Below, in pieces: positions 32,020 to 45,884 of a stretch of 64,000 bases of DNA (positions are counted from its first letter, which is position 1; each line of letters opens with the position of its first letter). The notes beneath the pieces are model-generated. The model worked only from the letters and a program-made list of their open reading frames with translations, did not search any database and was not told the origin of the DNA. This DNA is from Octopus vulgaris. Lineage: Eukaryota. The stretch covers positions 45,880,001-45,944,000 of the forward strand of contig OX597821.1 in assembly GCA_951406725.2 (NCBI GenBank), read 5' to 3'. Made by a program: the position numbers and the translations under genes.

Positions 32020-32351
32020 TATATACTAAAGCATTGTGAGTGGTTTAGATTATACGAAACTGTAAGAAACCTATGCTTGTGTGTCTGTGTTTGTCTCTCT
32101 ACCATAGCTTGACACCGATGGTAGAGTGTTTACGCCTCGTTACTTAGCGGTTCGACAAAGGGAAGCTAGAATAAGTACTAAGCTAACAGAAAATACCTCC
32201 TGGGATCGTTTTGCTCGACTAATAGTGGTGCTCTAGCATGGCAACAGTCAAATGACTGAAACAGGTAAAGAAAAGAAGAAAAAGTATATATATATATATA
32301 TATATGCATATATATAAGTATATATACATATATAAGTATGTATGTAGAAGC

Positions 32352-32418
<67 letters not shown>

Positions 32419-32723
32419 CATATATATATGTGTGTATATATATATATATATATGTATTTATATAAATATATATATGTGTGTGTGTGTGTGTGTATAAATA
32501 TATATATATGTGTATATGTAAATATAATATGTAACCTATTATTCGGCAGCTATAATAAAACACCGAGTTGCGGATGACGGGGTTTTATCATGGCTATCGA
32601 ATAATTGTCACATATATTTATTGATAAATTCCTCTAATTACATAATATCGAGGTCTCTTTCATTCCTTTGTTGCATTGCCATTTCTATCAGTATATATAT
32701 ACATATATATACATACATACATG

Positions 32724-32781
<58 letters not shown>

Positions 32782-32872
32782 CATGTATTTATGTATATAT
32801 ATATATTATATATGTATATATATATATTATATATATATACATATATAATATATATATATACATAAATACATG

Positions 32873-32916
<44 letters not shown>

Positions 32917-32943
32917 CATGTATTTATGTATATATATATATTA

Positions 32944-32981
<38 letters not shown>

Positions 32982-33020
32982 TAATATATATATATACATA
33001 AATACATGCATACATATATA

Positions 33021-33064
<44 letters not shown>

Positions 33065-33382
33065 CATTTTTGGATTTGGTTTGCAAGATTCTTTATATGA
33101 GTTCGTGTGTTGAAGCATATTCTGTTGTGTCTGGGGAGAGTCATTCTCTTTTTGTGCCTTATTATGTAACAAATTCACCGGTAAAATTTCCGCTTCTTTT
33201 TTTCTTATTTTTATTGTCCTAAAATTTTCGTTGCGTTTTGCAACCTTTTCAATAGTTTTGACTCTGTATATATGTATATATATATAGATATATATATACA
33301 TACAAACACACACATACATGCATATACATACATATATATACATATATATATGTATTTATTTATACATATATATATATATATG

Positions 33383-33438
<56 letters not shown>

Positions 33439-33634
33439 TTTGTGTATCTATCCATGTATGTGTGCCTGTCTGTCCCTGTTTTGAATGAACAGATATACTT
33501 CTGTTCCGTGTAAAAATGTAAACCATGCTGGCAATATACACGATGCTACTTTACGTTGTATTGGAAAGTGTCCAGATGTAGGGCTTTGAAGTTTAAATTC
33601 TGTATTGATTTCTAACAATTTATTATTGGTACAC

Positions 33635-35135
33635 CTATCGTATTTTCACTCCACCCCTAGGGCATTTTCAAGTCAGCAATCCAACTGACTTCTTTACCAC
33701 TGCAGATATAAAATCAGAGGCAGCGATGATTGATTACTTCAATATAAATGAAGACGATGTAATAAAGGCTATAGATGAAATGAAAACAAACTCAGCTACT
33801 GGCCTCGATGGATTCCCAGCAATCCTTCTAAAAGTATGTAAGAGAGTCCTAGCAAGACCACTGCAGTTCCTCTTTCAGAGCTTCCTTGCAACTGGCAAAC
33901 TTCCAGGAAGGAAGGTAAAATATGCCCTATTCATAAAGGAGGTAGTAGAGCTGAGGCCAAGAACTACAGACCTATCTCTCTGACCTCACACATCAGCAAG
34001 GTCATGGAACGAATAGTCAGAAGGAAACTAATCACCTTCCTTGAAGAAAATGACTTGCTGCCTGACACCAAACATGGTTTCCGACCAGGAAGAAGCTGCT
34101 TAACTCAGCTCCTACAACACTATGACTGGGTGCTGAAACGACTGCTCAACCACTCAAATGTGGAAGTCATATATCTCAACTTTGCAAAGGCCTTTGATAA
34201 AGTCGATCATGGAATGATATGTCACAAACTGCGTGATCTTGGCATAGTTGGAAAATTAGGAGAATGACTTCATGACTTTCTGAAGGATAGAAGTCAGGTG
34301 GTAGCAGCCAATGGGGCCACTTCCATTAACACGCAAATAGTGAGCGGTGTTCCGCAAGGCACTGTTTTGGGACCACTATTGTTCATAATGGCCCTCTCAG
34401 ACATGCCCTCATCCACGCAGAGAGTCACGATTACAAGTTATGCAGATGATACAAAAGTTTCACAGGCAATACAGAACCCTGAAGACACTAAGCACCTGCA
34501 ATGTGAGCTGGACAAAATATACAAGTGGGCTGAAAAGAATAGCATGCAGTTCAATGCTGAAAAGTTTCAAGCTTTATGCTATCAGCATGCAAAACTAAAT
34601 GCAATACCCAATGAATACACTGGTCATGGAGGGATTGCAATCCTAGAGGCACAATCAGTGCGAGACCTGGGTATTTACATGAGTGATGATGCAACCTTTC
34701 ATGTGCATGTTGCTAAATTGGCAATGAAATGTAGGCGGCTGACCGGATGAATTCTTAGAACCTTTAGAACAAGAGACCAGGAATCCATGATGGTCCTCTG
34801 GAGGACACTTGTCCTAAGCCACTTTGACTATTGCTCTCAGCTATGGTCACCATCCAGTGTCAAGTTAATCACAGAACTTGAGGCGATCCAACGAAGCTAC
34901 ACGAAGAAGATAGCCTCTGTGCAGCATATAAGCTACTGGGAAAGACTCAAGAGATTAAGACTCTATTCCTTAGAGCGTAGGCGAGAAAGATATGCCATAA
35001 TATACATCTGGAAGATCCTAGAAGGACTTGTCTCAAACTTTGGCATCGAGAGTTACACAAATACCAGAACTGGGCGCCACTGCATAGTGCCAAGGACTCC
35101 AAATTTGCCATCAAGATGTAGGACAAGATACTGTG
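33635..35135 (+). mobile_element. CR1/L2-group LINE reverse transcriptase remnant (5'-truncated, frameshifted, with stops)
   Basis: Consecutive ORF fragments give GLDGFPAILLK, HGFRPGRSCLTQLL, NFAKAFDKVDH, SGVPQGTVLGPLLF, YADDTK, RDLGI and LYSLERRRERY. There are in-frame TGA stops at 34265 and 34748 and a frameshift near 33910. Confidence 0.92.
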
Positions 35136-35136
35136 A

Positions 35137-35172
<36 letters not shown>

Positions 35173-35407
35173 TGTATGTATGTATGTATGTATGTATGTA
35201 TGTATGTATGTATGTATAAAAAAATGATTATTCTGAAATACAATAATATCTGTTTCAACACACGACTTCACATCACGAATCCTGGAACACAAATTCATAT
35301 ATATGTGTGTGTGTATGCATTATCTCCCCCCTCTCTCTCTCCCTCTCTCTCTCTGTCTCTCTCTCTCGCTCTTTCTCTCTCTATATATATATACATATAT
35401 ATATACT

Positions 35408-35438
<31 letters not shown>

Positions 35439-35454
35439 CGGCGCCATATATAAA

Positions 35455-35553
<99 letters not shown>

Positions 35554-35844
35554 TATACGTATATACATATATATACTTATATATATGTATATATACATAT
35601 ATATACATATATATATATATTATATATATACATATATACATATACATATATATATGTATATATATATATATACATATATATATATACATATATTTTTTTT
35701 TCTTATTTCAGCTCAGAGCTGCGGCCATACTGATGCACCGCCGTTTTGTGCTATACTGTCATTACGAAGAACCTCCTCTAATATGCGGCACTTGGTGAAG
35801 AATGGAGTTTGATACAGCTACTCTCATTTGCACCTCTTGCTGTG

Positions 35845-35961
<117 letters not shown>

Positions 35962-36484
35962 AAGGGAGTTAGGGCGAAAACTTCAAGTATGCTAAAGACA
36001 TGTCGTTTTCGCCCTATGATACAATAATATATCTCACTTGATACAATTATATACTTATGTACATTATTATTAATTTAGTGTATAAATTGACTATAAATTG
36101 TTAAAGCATGCTGACTAATTGATAAAAATCATTAACATTATTTTCATCCTTGTATTCTTTTATGAATTAATAATTTATTATATATAAATATATTTAAATA
36201 TATATATATATTCAACTTACGTTGACAGTGAACAAAGTTTGCTTGAGAAGCGTTGAGATGTATTGGAAGATACATGTTTGATTATAAATTATTTCTGTAT
36301 CTTATGTATATATATATATATAGATATATATATATATGGGTGTGTGTGATTGTGTATAGAAGAATATATTAATAAAAAAGAATTCCAACCTTGTCTGATT
36401 TTCACGTTTTATTTACAATCTTATAATGATATATTATAAGATAATATATTATAATTGAATAAAATAAAATGAAATAGTAGAATG

Positions 36485-36657
<173 letters not shown>

Positions 36658-36773
36658 TTATATATATATATACATACATTCTTATATATATATATATATA
36701 AATATACATGAAAAAAAAATATATATATATATTTGTATATATATATATATACACACATATATATATATATATT

Positions 36774-36845
<72 letters not shown>

Positions 36846-36967
36846 GGTCCCGGGTTGATTCGGGGTTAACCACAGTAAATAAGGTACTCAATACATAGCA
36901 GAGTAAAATTAATTTATTATATAGAAGGAGCTTCTACAGGACTAGTACTGTTTCATTCAAGAGAAAT

Positions 36968-37039
<72 letters not shown>

Positions 37040-37357
37040 AATATATATATATATATATATAAAAGAGTTGAGTACCGAAATCTTTCAAAGAGGTGTTAAA
37101 CATCCAAGTCCAACGGTACAGTCCAAGTGAAGAATATATATAAAAAATACATATTCCGTAGTTGCAAAAGTAGTAAATTAAGAATAAGGAAAGGAAAACA
37201 CTTGTAAGTGTAGACGAACTTTCATTCACTTCAATTCTTGAAATTGCTTTGTATAAAGTATATTGGTTGTGTAACAACTTGGATTTGGATTGAATTCACG
37301 TTCCTCTGCACTTACAATGTTTTTCCTTTCCTTATATTTTATTTACAATATATGTAT

Positions 37358-37402
<45 letters not shown>

Positions 37403-37776
37403 TATAAACAGTTACTTGAGGAAGGGCATCTTACTCCTTGGATGGATTGCAGAGATTATACCTGTAAATTTTATCATCTCACCAGCGTCGACGCAATTTT
37501 AGAGAATTTAGATAAAGAATGTGGTTCAATGTCCGTATTGTTTGTTCTTTTATGCGTATTTGTATATAAGAATGTGTGTTTGGCTATATATTCCTTTATT
37601 CTGTTACTTGTTTCAGTTATTTTGTTGCGACCATGTTGGAGCAACGCGTTGAAGGGTTTTAGACGAATAAATCGACCTCAAGAATTTATCGGTTTCTTGT
37701 GCCGAACCACAAGGTTACGGTGACGTAAACACACCAACACCGGTTGTCAAACGGAGAGAGGGGAGAAGCACAAACA

Positions 37777-37829
<53 letters not shown>

Positions 37830-38232
37830 GCACTCACGCTCATATATGTCCCCATATGTGCAAAAGCAAGGTGGATAAGACAGCACTAGCATATCAAACA
37901 CAGAGTAAGTTAGTATTCCCGTTTCTCAGAGATTCACTTGACCGTTCGTTAGACATTCTTGAGTATTCAGAACTACTAAGTTGTTCTGGATATTCTAGAC
38001 ACTTTTATGTGCAATTACGTGATCTATCAGTTATAGTATCTGACGTCTTTCTAGCTTCATTAATATACATACATATATCTATATGTGTGTGTGTGTGTGT
38101 GTATATCAAAGAAGAAAAAGAAAATGGATGGATGAAACCATCTCTCCGCGAGGTTAACACACCCTCTAATCGAATATATATATATGTATGTATGTATGTA
38201 TACATACATATATTTATTTATTTATCTATCCT

Positions 38233-38333
<101 letters not shown>

Positions 38334-38334
38334 C

Positions 38335-38540
38335 TTTACTACCCACAAGGGCTAAACATAGAGATGACAAACAAAGGGATTAAGTCGATTATATCGACCC
38401 CAGTGCGTAACTGGTACTTAATTTATCGACCCCGAAAGGATGAAAGGCAAAGTCGACCTCGGCGGAATTTGAACCCAGAACACGTGTCAGCAGACGAAAT
38501 ACGGCTACGCATTTCGCCCTGCGTGCTAACGATTCTGCAT
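38335..38540 (-). mobile_element. SINE family C
   Basis: aagtcgattatatcgaccccagtg...ggatgaaaggcaaagtcgacctcggcggaatttgaac...ctaacgattctgc. Confidence 0.8.
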
Positions 38541-38690
38541 CTGAGCAGATGCAGCACGGATTTTTTTCAGTGAACTGGTCGCGGTCTTATAGCGACGAAA
38601 ATATTTTGACAAATTAAACTTAAATGTTGAAGTGAATCGAACGGCTTTTGTGTGTTTCTTAAATGGCTTACAAACACTTTCCACGCTGCA

Positions 38691-38739
<49 letters not shown>

Positions 38740-38763
38740 CAGGCGTCTTTTATCTTCTGTCTG

Positions 38764-38877
<114 letters not shown>

Positions 38878-38971
38878 GGAGTAAACACATAAATGTGAAA
38901 CAAGGTGGAAAAAAGAGTACTCAAATACCAAGGGTAGAGTAATATGCTTTATATAAAAGCAGCAGAAATTC

Positions 38972-39024
38972 AACAAAACCTGTTACTCGAGTTTCACGTT
39001 CCCGTTCGTCGGACAGTTTTTGTT
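38972..39024 (-). ncRNA. Type-I hammerhead ribozyme motif
   Basis: The minus strand reads AACAAAAACUGU-CCGACGA-ACG-GGAA-CGU-GAAAC-UCGA-GUA-ACAGGUUUUGUU. Stem I pairs at 11 of 12 positions, stem II is capped by a GNRA loop, stem III is palindromic and the triplet is GUA. Confidence 0.7.
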
Positions 39025-39783
39025 AACTCAAGCAACGTGCAAAAAATCCTTTCTCGAAGAGAGAAACTTCTTGCTGCCAGCAAGAAGCTCTCTGAACTTA
39101 ATTCGCCATATATTTATTCTGATTAATGTACTTTCAAAGTATCCTCCTTTACTATTAATTGTTACGCCTAGGTAAAAGGAAATATCAACTACATCTATAG
39201 AACCTTCAGAACATTAAAAAGAAATTGTTTTTTGCAGATGATTTGACTGATATACACACCGGTAGATCTGCTACAAATAAAGTCATCATTCATTATTAAC
39301 TCACCTTTGATTCCACCACTCCTCTTGTGATTCTACTGATCATATTGAAGACACTGCAGAACGAATATGGCCATATCTTGGATGACATAAAAGTCTTGTT
39401 TTCTTTGCTATCCATCAAAATTTTAGTCTTCGCCGAGTTTACTCTAATTCTAGGGTTTCCTTCTACCTATGGAATTTCTTCTCTCAGTCTTCTGCTTTAA
39501 AAAGGACATCATTAGCAGATAGGAGTTTTCAAGGACAGCTGGTCTTAAACTTCTGTTATAAATTGAAAAACTTTAATATACAGAAGGAGTAGAGACCAAG
39601 CCTTGATGAAAAGTTACCTACCTGTATGCTAAATTCCTCACTGAACTTATTGCCAAGTCTTAATTTGCAGGCTGCATCGCTGTACCCGGCTTGTACCGCT
39701 CTTTCAAATCGCACGTAGTTTTTCTCGGTGACCGCCAGACCACGAATCGTAGCAATCTGTTAAAGATCTATAAAATGCTATAC

Positions 39784-39868
<85 letters not shown>

Positions 39869-40280
39869 TGTGTGTGTGTGTGCGTGTGCGTGTGTATGTG
39901 CGCGTCTGCGTTCGTAAGTGTGAGTACAACTGAATGTTAATCTGCCTCCATATGCATATATACATGTAATTATAACAGCATACTTTTACCTTTATAAATG
40001 TAGAGTTTTGTGATTAGTTTAAGTTAAAATATCAGTAATATTAATTATTGCAGACAGAAGTGATAAAATCAAGAAGTGATATAAATTTTTAGTGTCCAGC
40101 ATGAATAATATTCCTTAAGAGTGTCTCAGAAGGTTGGTGTATTAGAATATAGGTGGAAGATAAAAGCTAAATTCGTTTGAAATAACAGTCACTGAAATGT
40201 GTAACTATTAGTAAAATAGAAATGACCTTTCAAGCTTTGATAACTTAAAGTAACTTCGCATATTTTATTTTATTATCCAG

Positions 40281-40395
40281 AGATTGAAAATTACTATGTT
40301 GAAGCTACTGGTGAGGACTGTGGTGAAATGACTGATGAAAGAATAATATACACTGATGATGAACAATTTAGTGTCTCACTCGAACTCACACCGAA
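40281..40395 (+). CDS. BMI1: BMI1/PCGF4/Psc-like Polycomb RING finger protein, internal exon (phase 1 to phase 2)
   Basis: tattttattttattatccag acceptor and gtaag donor. Encodes IENYYVEATGEDCGEMTDERIIYTDDEQFSVSLELTP, which aligns with BMI1 [26 protein letters not shown]. Confidence 0.88.
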
Positions 40396-40618
40396 GTAAG
40401 TTATAACTTTTATATTTTATTTCTACATTGTTTGCGCTAAAATTCTCTCACTTTCAAATGTCACTCCAGTAATATTTAATTAATGCCTAATTCGAGTATA
40501 ATTTTGGTTCACTGCACTTAATTATGTTAATTTTGAGTCATATAGGCATACTATTGTGCATATGTGTGTGTGAAAATATGTGCGCGCACACCTACGCTTG
40601 CGTACGTGCGTAAGAGAA

Positions 40619-40656
<38 letters not shown>

Positions 40657-40717
40657 TTATTATCAACGACTATATACATATGTATGTATATATATACATA
40701 TATATATATATATATAC

Positions 40718-40775
<58 letters not shown>

Positions 40776-40777
40776 TT

Positions 40778-40922
40778 TGCGGTTCGGCAAAAAGACCGAT
40801 AGAATAAGTACTGGGCTTACAAAGAATAAGTCCCGGGGTCGAGTTGCTCGACTAAAGGGGGTGTCTCCAGCATGGCCGCAGTCAAATGACTGAAACAAGT
40901 ACAAGAGTAAAGAGAGTAAAGA

Positions 40923-40925
<3 letters not shown>
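40778..40925 (+). mobile_element. SINE family A, 3' part
   Basis: gcggttcggcaaaaagaccgatagaataagtac...gcagtcaaatgactgaaacaagt. Confidence 0.8.
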
Positions 40926-40968
<43 letters not shown>

Positions 40969-40975
40969 ATGTATG

Positions 40976-41039
<64 letters not shown>

Positions 41040-41546
41040 TGTATATATATACATGTATGTGTGTGTTTGTGTATACAATTTTTTTCTAAAATAAATGAAG
41101 ATGAATATAACATAGACGTCGGTTCAATTCATTCAATTCATCTACGTACGCTTTATTAGAATAGTAATTTATTTACACACAAGGTATTACATATGATGTG
41201 ATATTTTATAATTGTTTGATGTTTAAAATTCTGTATTACTTGCCCTCTCGTCAGGTTTCATGAAGTATCGAAAGATATATCTGTGGTATGTACAGAATTT
41301 GGAGCGAATGAGAAACCTGCGATCATTTAACAAAGTTAAGATCGCTGTAACCGACCTACTGACCGGGAGAGAAAAGAAATATTCTTCAGTATTCTCCCTA
41401 AGTACCATGTCAGCCAAGTATACGCTGGCGTGCGACTGAATTGATAACCATGATCACTGAGATCCCCCACCCATTAATGCGTTGTCCCAGTATGGCTATA
41501 TCCCTATGGCTGAAACATATAAAAGAATACACAGTCACACACACAT

Positions 41547-41604
<58 letters not shown>

Positions 41605-41616
41605 ACATACTCAAGA

Positions 41617-41790
41617 GTTAAGGAATGGCGAAGATAAAATCCGGGTTACATATATTTCATAGCAAGCGGAACCGTAGTAGTGGTAAATATCCAAGAGGTA
41701 AATACACCTCGCTTGGATATATACCGCAACCGAGGTTCTGCTCGCTATGAAACTTTTGTAATCTGGATTTTATCTCCTCCATTCCTTAAC
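41617..41790. repeat. Fold-back / MITE-like inverted repeat (~80-bp arms)
   Basis: gttaaggaatggcgaagataaaatccgggttaca...tttcatagcaagcggaacc / ggttctgctcgctatgaaa...tgtaatctggattttatctcctccattccttaac. Confidence 0.8.
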
Positions 41791-42011
41791 GCTTTGATTT
41801 TTATTCGCATACCTGGCAAAACTGGCTGCCAACCATGAAATGTAGAATATTTTTTTCAGTTCATCGTACTTCGATACGGGAAAAATTCACAACGTCCCAG
41901 TGAAGCGTTATTCTTCCTGAAAGTTGTGTTTCATATTTTCTACGAATTACTTGAAGTATACTTTCTTCCTACACCTCGATCTTTGGATCTTACATTGATA
42001 TATATATATAT

Positions 42012-42795
42012 AGTAAAGGCTATTTGCCAACGCAACGTAACAGCCCTATGTAGGACGATGTTACTACTTTTTAGCCCCAGGAAAACATCTTTTCCAGCTG
42101 GCTACCGACACATGCTCTGTGTCCGTATACAGTGAGCAAGCGAATCTACCGCTCCCTTTCTACTCGTAGCTATACCTGTAGACCAATGGTTTCTGGGTAA
42201 TTTCCCTTCGTCGGTACAGGACAACCACCGGTTAGAGATAGCAGCCACTTGCGTTACACTCCCTTGCTCACAGTATACAGACACAAATCATGTGTCGGTA
42301 GCCAGCAGGAAAAGATGTTTTCCTGCGACTAAAAAGTAGTAACATTGTCCTACGCAGTACTGTCACGTTGCGTTAGCAAATAGATATTACTATACGGTAC
42401 CGTTAAGATATATTTCTCACTTAGAGATTTTAAAACTTTTTCTCTTTACAATATTGGCAACAGCGTGTCGCTTTCAAAGTATATACTGTGAGCAAGAGCG
42501 AGTGGCTACTATCTCTAGCCGGCGGTTGCTCTTTACCAACGAAGGGAAATTACCCGGAAACCATTGATCTTCAGGTATCGCTACGGCTAGAAACGGAGCG
42601 GTAGATTCCATTGCCCACAGTATACGGGAACAGATCATGTGTTGGTAATCAGCTAGAAAAAATGTTTCCTAGGGTTAAAAAGTAGTAACATCGTCCAGAG
42701 TAGGACTTCTACGTTGCGTTGGCAAATAGACTTTACTGTATGGTACTGTTCATACATATTTCTCGCTCGGAGATTTAAAACTAGTTGTTTTTCTC

Positions 42796-42800
<5 letters not shown>
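42012..42800. repeat. Two adjacent copies of a fold-back element whose loop contains a hammerhead ribozyme (42175-42220 minus; degenerate copy about 42530-42576 plus)
   Basis: Copy 1 has arms at about 42012-42140 and 42262-42392, then a tail tatttctcacttagagattttaaaact. Copy 2 (about 42482-42800) has the loop in the opposite orientation. The arms match those at 12667-12894. Confidence 0.8.
42175..42220 (-). ncRNA. Type-I hammerhead ribozyme motif
   Basis: The minus strand reads CCUGUA-CCGACGA-A-GGG-AAAUUA-CCC-A-GAAAC-CAUUG-GUC-UACAGG. It has a perfect 6-bp stem I, a 3-bp GC stem II, stem III ACC/GGU and a GUC triplet. Confidence 0.7.
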
Positions 42801-42847
<47 letters not shown>

Positions 42848-43076
42848 TACCTGCATAAATATATACATATATACATACGTGAATATATATATATACATAT
42901 GTATGTATGTCATTATTCAGTTTATTTCAAGATTTTTTGCCAATAGAGAAAGAATCGCTTTCTAATCTAGATCCAATCGCCTTCATTGGAATTTCAACAT
43001 CAACAACTGGGTATTTTGTATGTATGTTTGTTTGTATGTATGTATGTATGATTCTGAGTTTGATTCCAAGCAGTGA

Positions 43077-43080
<4 letters not shown>

Positions 43081-43148
<68 letters not shown>

Positions 43149-43171
43149 TGATGATAATGATAATAATAATG

Positions 43172-43237
<66 letters not shown>
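43081..43237. repeat. (AAT)n microsatellite
   Basis: Read directly. It is the source of the poly-N/poly-L pseudo-ORFs. Confidence 0.95.
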
Positions 43238-43240
<3 letters not shown>

Positions 43241-43306
43241 CCGACATCGATGTTATTATTATTATTATTCCTTAGGAATGAGAACCCAGGTTCGATATTT
43301 CCCCAA

Positions 43307-43352
43307 GATACCTGATGAAGGCTGGAGGGTATATCAGCCGAAACGTTGTGTT
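43307..43352 (+). ncRNA. Minimal hammerhead ribozyme motif with canonical core
   Basis: GAUAC-CUGAUGA-A-GGCUG-(gaggguauau)-CAGCC-GAA-ACGU-U-GUGUU. Stem I is 5 bp with two GU pairs, stem II is 5 bp, and palindromic ACGU replaces stem III. Confidence 0.6.
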
Positions 43353-44112
43353 AACAACAAACAAGATGAGGACAAATATCCGTCAAATGTAAATGATGTA
43401 CACTATTCCTCGTCTCTTAAATATAGAACTGTATTAGACAAGGAATGTTGCTCAAGGGGCTGCTTTCCAAGTCTTATGATATCAGCCTCATGTATGTAAA
43501 CTTGGTCAAGGGATGCACTTCGACACCTGGTGGTTAAAAGCTGTTGCCGAAGGGATATGATACGATAATCAAAGGCATTTTGGATCGATGTTATGCCTCT
43601 ATCGCCTTGTTAGTATTTTCCGGGTTTCACATCAATGGCTCGTATCTCATCAAGCGTCCGGTCAAGCAGCCCATATGTTGGTATGAGTACTGGCACTGCA
43701 AACACATTGTGGGTCACTGCTTTATTGAACGCAGTGAGTTGTGAGGTCCAAATTTTCTATATTCGGCTGTAATATTCCTTAGTGACACGTGTTTTGTTAC
43801 AAGTGTCATTGTAAGATATATTTTTATCCACCCTTGTGTGTACGTATGTACGTATGTATGAATGTATGTATGTATGTATGTATGTATGTATGTATGTATG
43901 TACGTACGTACGTACGTATGTATGTATGTATGTATGTATGTATGTATGTATGTATTTATGTATGTATGTATGAATGTGTGTAGGGATAGCAAGGCAAAAT
44001 AAGAGTTTATCTTTCATGTATATTTTCTTTAATTGATAAGCAACTGTTTATTAAATAATTTCTAGAAGACGAATTTTCTACTCTCATTGAAACACATTGA
44101 TTTATTTTGCAG

Positions 44113-44161
44113 CGGGCAACCTCCTGATGTGGACTTTGATCCTCTCTCAGATACTAGAAAG
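44113..44161 (+). CDS. BMI1: BMI1/PCGF4/Psc-like, internal exon (phase 2 to phase 0)
   Basis: tttattttgcag acceptor and gtaag donor. The 49-nt exon encodes (N)[16 protein letters not shown]. Its phases exactly bridge the flanking exons, and it corresponds to the variable linker exon of BMI1. Confidence 0.75.
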
Positions 44162-44189
44162 GTAAGATATATGCACACACACACATCTA

Positions 44190-44225
<36 letters not shown>

Positions 44226-44248
44226 CATACATATATATATACATATAT

Positions 44249-44281
<33 letters not shown>

Positions 44282-44283
44282 CG

Positions 44284-44323
<40 letters not shown>

Positions 44324-45366
44324 CATGAATTGAAAATTTATCGTTAATGGCAAGAATCATTGCCTTAAAAGTTCTAAGTATTTAATTACTATCATACAAT
44401 TAAATATTTTATTGACCAATAAGTGTTCTTTTTATAACTTAGTTATTGTATAGACTTTTTCCTTTACCAATTGTTTGTAGCATATCACTCCAACCAGGGA
44501 TTTAAAACCTATCGAATATCGTACACCTTTCACACGCGGCAACTGCCAATTTTATATTGGCGCAATAGGTCGCGAATGCTACACGAGAACAACCGTAGCT
44601 GACCGAATTGATGCAGTTTATCTGCTTGCAACTGAAATGGGAACAGGTTCATTTCTCTGTCTTTCTACTCTTCAGTTCATAATACCTAGTTCAATAATGG
44701 ATCAATTTCCTTAATGCAGATAATTTCGTGTTGTATGAACACTTTGACAGTGAACAACTTTCGAGATTGTCGAGACATTCAATTATAACCGAAAATATCA
44801 TCCGATGGAAAAAATGTTGAAGTGTCTTCCATCATGCTTTTACCTGTAGTACACTTTGGTAATGGATCGCAGAATTGTATATCGGAGTTGCAAAAGATCG
44901 CTTATAGTTTTTCCGTATGAGATATAGGGAAATATACGAGAAAGTAGTTTTTCTTTTCTCCGTCTGCAAATTTCTGTTAAATGCAAACATTTTCTTTACC
45001 CGCTTAGCTATTATGTGTCTCTTGATAGCACTACAGCTTCCACAGCTTTTCTGATTACTCTGTCAAATCTAATACATTGATTTGAGATTTCAATGATGTG
45101 ATTGTTGATTTTTACAATGACATTGTTAATCGGTGTGAGAAGCCAGATCTGGTCAGTTTGAACATAAAACAAGTAGAAAATTTGGGTCCGGTTTAAATGC
45201 CTATGATTTTCTTTATTTATATTTTATCTTCCTATCTCTCTGTCTTTCTGTCTTCCAGCTTTCTGTCTTTCTAATTGAATCTTCCCACTTTTATTTGTGT
45301 TTTATAATCTTAACGATATTATGAACCAGCTCGTTAAAATATATTGGTATATTTCTGTTTTTTTAG

Positions 45367-45465
45367 CCCGAAGACCGCCGATATCTGTCATGTCCTGCTA
45401 CGTTTCCAGTTAAGCATATCAAAAGATTTATTCGAATAAAGCATTCTCTTCCTGAAAAATATCAG
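45367..45465 (+). CDS. BMI1: BMI1/PCGF4/Psc-like, RAWUL domain exon (99 nt)
   Basis: ttctgtttttttag acceptor and gtttg donor. Encodes PEDRRYLSCPATFPVKHIKRFIRIKHSLPEKYQ versus BMI1 [33 protein letters not shown]. Confidence 0.92.
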
Positions 45466-45884
45466 GTTTGGCTTTTTAATTTTTTCAGAAACTCACTACG
45501 TTCTGTAATTTTAGTAAAAATGCATTTAAGTATTATTTCTGCATCCTCGAAAGTGTACCTACCGTATTATTACCGCCATGTACATTCATTCATTTAATAT
45601 ATCACCCAAAGTAGCTTAATCTGAGAATTGTTTTATGTTAACAGCTATATACGATTAGCTTCTAAATACTCAGGTGTCCATCTTAAACCCTTTGCAACAG
45701 TTTGTTATCGTCCTCTCGTATATGTGACTGGCCCACAGGCACTTTCAAATATTCTTGATCACATTCTCACCTTTAAAATCAGCTCTTATGAAATTCCAAA
45801 GATATCTTTACTTATCGGATCGATCAACTGCCTAATCACGGTCAATAACTATGCATCAACGAAACTTATGTCCTTAAAACAGAT

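Noticed and set aside
40054-40080. RSDK-like peptide after a cag acceptor, resembling BMI1 RSDKTLQD
   Set aside because: There is an in-frame stop within a few codons and no further similarity.
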